Below, piece after piece: positions 58,481-64,000 of a stretch of DNA of 64,000 nucleotides. A program made the translations under genes and the position numbers. The notes beneath the pieces are model-generated. The model was not told where the DNA came from, made no database searches, and saw only the letters and a list, made by a program, of their open reading frames with translations. The first letter of the stretch is position 1. Each line of letters opens with the position of its first letter. The DNA lies in contig DATKYK010000024.1 in the NCBI GenBank assembly GCA_035528575.1, positions 66,420 through 130,419 of the forward strand, written 5' to 3'. The stretch comes from Dehalococcoidia bacterium (GTDB lineage: Bacteria; Chloroflexota; Dehalococcoidia; E44-bin15).

Positions 58481-60679
58481 TTAATGAAGAAATACCACCT
58501 CAATACCAGCCTTGTTCTCAGTTACCTCGCATGTAGTCCCTTTGCCACGGCGTTCGAATCGCAGGTTTATGGTCCCTCTGCCAATATGTAGATTTTGCAC
58601 TGAGGCAGCGCCAATCCATTGTGGCAATCTGGGGTTTACGTAGAGCCTTTTCGAGTGAATATCAGCCTTCAAGCCCAGCATCGATTGAAAGAGCAATATG
58701 GCACTGCCGGCAGCCCAAGCTTGAGGACTGCAGCTAACGGGATATGCTACTGGTACAGCAGGAATCTCCCTCTCACGAGCGAATCCACAGAAGAGTTCCG
58801 GTAGGCGGTTACTGGTAAAGAACATGCTAGCCTCGAAGAGCTGTGACGTTATCGCTTCCATCTCGTCAAAGTAGCCATATCGCCTCATACCAGCTATAAT
58901 CAGGGAGTTGTCGTGGGGCCAAATACTCCCCTGATGGTAGCTCATCGGGTTGAACCTGGGGCTTCTGCTGGTGACAGTTCGTATACCCCAGCCACAAGAC
59001 ATATCCCGTGCACTAAGACGCTTAACCAGTCGTCGTGCCTTCTCATCGTCGACTATCCCGCAAAACAGGCAATGCCCCGGATTCGACGTCACCAGGTCTA
59101 TTGGCTTTTTGTTACCATCGATTCCCTGGGCAAAGAACTGCTTATCTTCCAGCCAGAAATCGCGGTTAAATCTACTCTTCAAGCTTGACGCCTTTTCGGT
59201 AAGCCCATGAGCAATATCGGTATCTCCCTTTTGGCGCAAGAGCTCCGCCATATCAGAGAGGGCTCTATAGGCATAGCCCTGGACTTCAACCAGGGCTACC
59301 GGTGGCTCAACGGGAGTACCATCCGGGTAGGTAATTGAGGCACGGCTATCCTTCCAGCCCTGATTTCTTATTCCGCCTGAGGAACGGCTAAAATATTCTA
59401 TGTAGCCATCGCTATCAAGGTCACCATAGCTTTCCATCCACTTAAGAGCGCCCTTTGCTGCCGGTATTATTTCCTCGTATAGTACGTTATCATCAAGCCA
59501 CCTCATCGTTTCGGCGAACAAGATCAAAAAGAGAGGGGTAGCGTCAACGCTGCCATAATATGCAGAGTGGGGGACCTCTCCCAACCTCGCCATTTCCCCC
59601 TTGCGTATCTCATGCACGATCTTGCCTGGCTCTTCATCACGCCATGGGTCAACCTTAGTCCCCTGGTGCTTTGCTAAGAAGCGTAGGGTACCGGTAGCGA
59701 TCTTTGGGTTCAACATTAGCGTCTGTAGTGATGTGATGAGGCTGTCCCGACCAAATACACAGGCAAACCACGGTATCCCTGCAACGGGTACCAGCCCCTC
59801 TGGCGTGTCCTCCATAAGGAGACGCATGTCAAGGACGCTGCGCTTAAGTAGTCTGTTAAAGGTTTCGTTATCCGTCTCCAGCGTGGTACATCCCTGCCAC
59901 CATTTATGATAGTAATCCCGCATCTTAGTTAGGCTTCTTTCGAAAGAGCCTACCTTGCGGATATCTTCCCCTTCAGCGGCCTGGATATGGAAAGTAATGT
60001 CCAGGGGTGTTCGAGGTTTTAGGTTTAGGTCCCAACTGACGTTAGCGCAGGGAGGCCGACTTATTGTTATGGGTGTGGCTTCTAATGTTTCAGGAAGGAG
60101 GGTGCTTATACGGCGTCTTGGCCGATGATACGCGCACTCAGGTTCCATCTCCATTTTTTTAGGGGGCATTTCGAAGGTAATCACAGTACGCCGCCGAACA
60201 CCATCCAATCCGTGGTAACCTAGCACCACTCCGGATTTTGTAGCCTCTGGAATACTTACTTCGCCACTCGCATTACGCTCCCATCCGCGTACCTCGAATA
60301 TGTCGAGGAAATCGCTCCCAAAAGTGATTGTTATCTCAAGCGGTACATTGAATCGGTTGTGGTTGTAAAAGCTAATACGCTCATAAATTGCATCCGTGAT
60401 AGTGCGAGTGCGACGGATACTGATGGTTCGTGCCAGAGCCACATTGCCATCGGGAAGTTCCATGGTCGGGTTAGCCATCTGAGCGATGGCAACGTAATTT
60501 TCATCAGCAGATGAGGACAGAAACCGCGGTTCTTTCCCATTGAGCCTCATCTCGAGTATACTGAGGTAGCGAGTGTCCTGATAATAGATGCCAAGCCGCC
60601 GACGCCCCTCCGGCATGTCTCCCATATCATCGCTAACCGCTAAAAGTTCCCCCTCTTTCAGAACAAGCTGTTCAGGCAT
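58481..60679 (-). CDS. Amylo-alpha-1,6-glucosidase / glycogen-debranching-enzyme-type glycoside hydrolase.
   Basis: It has a GDE N-terminal domain followed by an (alpha/alpha)6 barrel and is 732 aa. Confidence 0.8.
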   Translation of the reverse strand: MPEQLVLKEGELLAVSDDMGDMPEGRRRLGIYYQDTRYLSILEMRLNGKEPRFLSSSADENYVAIAQMANPTMELPDGNVALARTISIRRTRTITDAIYERISFYNHNRFNVPLEITITFGSDFLDIFEVRGWERNASGEVSIPEATKSGVVLGYHGLDGVRRRTVITFEMPPKKMEMEPECAYHRPRRRISTLLPETLEATPITISRPPCANVSWDLNLKPRTPLDITFHIQAAEGEDIRKVGSFERSLTKMRDYYHKWWQGCTTLETDNETFNRLLKRSVLDMRLLMEDTPEGLVPVAGIPWFACVFGRDSLITSLQTLMLNPKIATGTLRFLAKHQGTKVDPWRDEEPGKIVHEIRKGEMARLGEVPHSAYYGSVDATPLFLILFAETMRWLDDNVLYEEIIPAAKGALKWMESYGDLDSDGYIEYFSRSSGGIRNQGWKDSRASITYPDGTPVEPPVALVEVQGYAYRALSDMAELLRQKGDTDIAHGLTEKASSLKSRFNRDFWLEDKQFFAQGIDGNKKPIDLVTSNPGHCLFCGIVDDEKARRLVKRLSARDMSCGWGIRTVTSRSPRFNPMSYHQGSIWPHDNSLIIAGMRRYGYFDEMEAITSQLFEASMFFTSNRLPELFCGFAREREIPAVPVAYPVSCSPQAWAAGSAILLFQSMLGLKADIHSKRLYVNPRLPQWIGAASVQNLHIGRGTINLRFERRGKGTTCEVTENKAGIEVVFLH

Positions 60680-60845
60680 GACGTATCCCTTGGTAATCTC
60701 CAGGTGTGGTTTCTAGTTTTTGCTCGCGCCGGTTTGATCCGGACCTTCCTGCTCCGCTTCTCACGGTGATACTGGCTTTAAGGAATATTCCCGAATATCG
60801 TGTGTCATATCCAGGGCTGAAGGTGCTAAGAGTTTTTTAGCAAAG

Positions 60846-61952
60846 TCATTTGTAACTCTGGGTACTTTGAAACACTTCGTGGACAGGCATTTTAAATATG
60901 TGGTAACGCTTGGTGATAGCCGCACTGCTATTGAGCACCCTCTCGTAAGCATCGAGATAGCCCTTGATCATCCGTGGATTGTCGAAATTGCGCTCAACAT
61001 GCTCCCGGCAGTAGTGAGGCTCGATCTGGTCAACGAGGTATACCGCCTTTACCATCTCATCAATATTTGACACAAGATAGCCAGTTTTCCCATGAATGAT
61101 CAGCTCTGGTGCCGCACCCCTGGAAAATGCTATGACCGGCGTGCCGCAGGCCATGGCTTCGATCATGGTCAGACCGAAAGGCTCTTCCCAGGTAATCGGC
61201 ATTAGAAGGCAGTAGGCTCCAGCGTAAAGAGCGCGCTTCTGTTCAGAATCAGCTTCACCCAAAAATTGAATTTGCTTTCCATCGATCTTCGGCTTAATAT
61301 CCTTGTCAAAATACTCTTTGTCCACGCGGTCGACCTTTCCAGCCATGACAAGCTTTTTACCAAGCCTCTTTGCTACCTCAATTGCATGATGAGTACCTTT
61401 TTCGGGAGAAATCCGTGCTAGGAACAGGAGGTAGTCATCTTTCTTTTCACAGTAAGGGAAGGTTTCCACCTTTATAGCATTGTAGACGACCCCGATAAAG
61501 TTCCTGTTTGATACAATTGGCATGGATTTCCGCTGAGAATAGCTAATAGTGTTGTAGAACCAGTCATAGTGGTCCCAGATTATTTTGGTGTTTGGCGTGA
61601 CGTGACCGTGTATAGTAGTTAGCATTGGTGTTTTTATAAGGTGGCTCATGGCCATTGCCAGTTCACCACTGTGATTATGTACAATATCGAACCCCTTAGC
61701 CTGAGAGAGAGCAATAGCGCTATGTAACCATTCATAGGGGCTGGGGTCTGTTATGTCATAGGCCGTGCGTAAACTGCGATGTTGGACCCATTCAAGATTA
61801 CCCTTAGTTGTAGAGTCCCCCGAAGCAAACAAGGTCACATCATGACCAGCAAGAGTAAGCCCATCGCTCAGCAGGCTAACAACTGCCTCCGTACCACCAT
61901 AGGCAGGCGGGGGAACAGTTTCCCAGAGCGGAGCTAGCAATAAGATCTTCAT
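60846..61952 (-). CDS. GT4-family glycosyltransferase.
   Basis: It has an N-terminal MKILLLAP...GG signature and a GT-B fold. Confidence 0.8.
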   Translation of the reverse strand: MKILLLAPLWETVPPPAYGGTEAVVSLLSDGLTLAGHDVTLFASGDSTTKGNLEWVQHRSLRTAYDITDPSPYEWLHSAIALSQAKGFDIVHNHSGELAMAMSHLIKTPMLTTIHGHVTPNTKIIWDHYDWFYNTISYSQRKSMPIVSNRNFIGVVYNAIKVETFPYCEKKDDYLLFLARISPEKGTHHAIEVAKRLGKKLVMAGKVDRVDKEYFDKDIKPKIDGKQIQFLGEADSEQKRALYAGAYCLLMPITWEEPFGLTMIEAMACGTPVIAFSRGAAPELIIHGKTGYLVSNIDEMVKAVYLVDQIEPHYCREHVERNFDNPRMIKGYLDAYERVLNSSAAITKRYHIFKMPVHEVFQSTQSYK

Positions 61953-62359
61953 GACACACCTCCCACAGTCATAGTTTGATTAAATACATACAACTATAGG
62001 TTTTTAGTCATTATGGCTAACAAGCCTTGCTTACTTTCTCAACGATACTGCAAACCAATTGTATTGCAGTCTTAACATTGGAGTTATGGATGCTTTGTGA
62101 GGAGTGATATTTGCCTGGAGTCACGACTGCCGTAGTGCGGAAACGTACTAAATGTCAAATCCGCGAGGATAACTCCTTCTAACTACGCATGTCCGAAGAG
62201 CTTTCAGATACACCTTAGCTTGATGAGGGTCATCTGAAAGCTAGGAAAGTTGTGCAATGATTTCTGCTGGTTACAGCATAGACTTTTACGGTAGTATTGT
62301 CAACAGTTCCCTGAGCGGTGTCCAGGACATACTATAAACTTTAACTCCTCTGTTTCCCT

Positions 62360-63222
62360 ATGGCTAGATCCTCTCTATCCCTTATTATGCCTGACTCGAC
62401 CCTGCGAAACATTCATAACCCGAAGTATCCACTTTCAGGGGTTCACTCCAGGCCATCCTTGAAGGATATCGGAGGGCAAGTTCTCACTACAACCGGCGTT
62501 GAGAACTACATGTGCTATCAGTATATTAAGGGCTTTGAGCTGATGCAGAAGTTCGAGGATCAGGTCAAGCAATTTCTACTGGAGCAGAAGCTAGGTCAGG
62601 GAGTAGCTGGGTTATCATCACTGGATGCGGGATTTGAGGTCACGATAGACAATGTTGAAAGCCATCAGGCAAAGGCGGTTATTGTCGCTACCGGAAAACG
62701 TCCCCGCACGCTAAATGTTCCAGGAGAGGAGCAGCTTAAGGGTAGGGTGTGACATACTGTGCTATTTGCGATGGCCCGCTATTTTCCGGGCAGAAGGTGG
62801 CTGTTATCGGCGGGGGCAACTCCGCCCTAGAGGCTGCTGACGACATGGTTAAGATAGCACAGCATGTTTATCTTGTGTCTCTGACATCGGTAACCGGCGA
62901 CCAGATACTCATTGAAAAAGTTAAAGATGCCTTAAATCTAACCCTATTTTTAGAGCATGAGGTGTTAGAGATTGAGGGCCCAAACAGTGTGGAAGCTATT
63001 CTCATCAGGGATTTGAAAAGCGGCGAAGAAAAGAGGCTTTTTGTTGGTGGCATCTTTATCGAGATCGGGCTGCTCCCTAACTCGAAGTTTACTGGTGGTA
63101 TCGCCAGGCTCAATAAGTTTGGTGAGATTAGTGAAGCAGGATTGCCCGGTCTCTTTGCTGCAGGCAATGTAAACAATGTTGTGGAGACAAATGTCACAGA
63201 CAAAGGCTATATCCCAACCTAA
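62360..63222 (+). pseudogene. trxB: Thioredoxin-disulfide reductase, frameshifted and rearranged. The central NADPH and redox-active CAICDG portion is split across two frames. The N-terminal FAD-binding piece is displaced to 63541-63650.
   Basis: It has CAICDG and VAVIGGGNSALEAA motifs. The GSGPAGLTATIYAA-like N-terminus is found 3' of the glutaredoxin gene in another frame. Confidence 0.55.
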
Positions 63223-63288
63223 AATGTATTATTGAGTTAGGGACCTGAAGTTAGAAAGGCTTTACCAAGTAGAGTACAGGATGAGGAG

Positions 63289-63528
63289 ATGAGTGCCAAA
63301 GAGGTGAAGGTCTATTCCACCCCCACATGCCCCTGTTGTAGGAGGGTCAAGCAATTCCTTGAGGATAACGGCATCAAGTATAAAGACTTCAATGTCGCTG
63401 AAGATCCTGCCGCCCGCGAGGAGATGATCAATAAATGCAAACGATTGGCAGTTCCAACCATTTGCATTTATGGGGAGGTCATCTTGGGTTTCAACGAAGC
63501 GCAGCTTAAAGAGAAATTAGGCCTCTAA
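63289..63528 (+). CDS. Glutaredoxin/NrdH-like small redoxin.
   Basis: It has a CPCC active site in a thioredoxin fold and is 79 aa. Confidence 0.75.
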   Translation: MSAKEVKVYSTPTCPCCRRVKQFLEDNGIKYKDFNVAEDPAAREEMINKCKRLAVPTICIYGEVILGFNEAQLKEKLGL

Positions 63529-64000
63529 TTTGCCGGAGGAGCTTATGCGTGCACTAATCACTATTGGCAGCGGCCCGGCCAGGGCTGACAGCCACGATCT
63601 ATGCCGCCCAGAAGCGGATAGATGCCCTGCTCCTCAGTTCGGGATAGCAACGGACGTCTACATCCCCAAGAATGGGGAGGAAATGTATAGATAAAGAAGG
63701 ATTATGCAAATTGACTATTACGAAGAAATATAATACGTTTATTAATAGAATATTTATATATTCAGAAAGATGCATTCGATAATGTTATATCACAGGAGCT
63801 ATGCAGAGCTAAAGCTACATGACAGGGAACGAATCTCCAATATAGGATGCAATTTAGCTATAGAACCAAAAACGGCACTAATCGGATTAGCTAAAACGAG
63901 AAGGTCGAAATGACTAATAATTACAAGAAGTGGTTTGGTCAGAGTGCCTGGGTTTACGCCGATGAAGATGAGGATTTCTTGCCCGGGCTCTTGAAGACCA

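Noticed and set aside
1-64000. Possible CRISPR array.
   Set aside because: No regularly spaced short direct repeats were seen anywhere. The tandem-like repeats at 48860-48900 and 969-1047 are single duplications.
1-64000. Archaeal origin, suggested by the archaeal-type thiolase/HMGCS/DUF35 genes and the int-overlapping-att arrangement.
   Set aside because: The tRNA-Gly encodes its 3' CCA. Crp/Fnr, GlpK and FemAB-like genes are present, and strong Shine-Dalgarno sites are frequent. All are more consistent with a bacterium. This is not conclusive.

Overview
The window looks bacterial: the tRNA has a genome-encoded CCA, Shine-Dalgarno sites are frequent, and Crp/Fnr, GlpK and CopA are present. 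Left to right it contains the following. (1) An oxidative-stress and metal module (bases 1-6553): a flavodiiron protein 3' end, rubrerythrin/ferritin-like proteins, MsrA, and a CopA P1B-ATPase with an N-terminal TRASH domain. (2) A four-subunit 2-oxoacid:ferredoxin oxidoreductase (delta-alpha-beta-gamma) followed by acetyl-CoA synthetase. (3) A Crp/Fnr regulator followed by an Fe-S/cytochrome-b electron-transfer trio. (4) glpK, a hydrolase, an SCP2 protein and an M24 peptidase. (5) A complete non-pyrrolysine MttB-type quaternary-amine demethylation system: an MtrH-like pterin methyltransferase, a corrinoid protein, two tandem MttB paralogs, a DUF1638 protein and a RACo-type [2Fe-2S] corrinoid activase. 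(6) A second, two-subunit 2-oxoacid oxidoreductase. (7) An accessory island of about 9.6 kb (about 28.7-38.3 kb) lying between korB and tRNA-Gly(CCC). It has a 46-bp direct repeat of the tRNA 3' end, a decayed tyrosine integrase that reads through that repeat, an AT-rich module of two nuclease-like proteins plus a multi-pass membrane protein, and a six-gene set resembling a low-molecular-weight thiol (mycothiol/bacillithiol-like) pathway. That set is a GT4 glycosyltransferase, an LmbE deacetylase, a tandem GNAT, a FemAB-like acyltransferase, a glyoxalase-II-like MBL hydrolase and a DinB/YfiT transferase. (8) An acyl-CoA catabolic cluster: three acyl-CoA dehydrogenases, two CaiB-type CoA-transferases plus a remnant, an SCP-x thiolase, SCP2-like and ADC-like proteins, an HMG-CoA-synthase::DUF35 fusion with its thiolase, and a methylmalonyl-CoA-mutase catalytic subunit. 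(9) Glycogen debranching enzyme and glycosyltransferase genes, and a scrambled thioredoxin-reductase pseudogene around a glutaredoxin. No CRISPR array or rRNA was seen.
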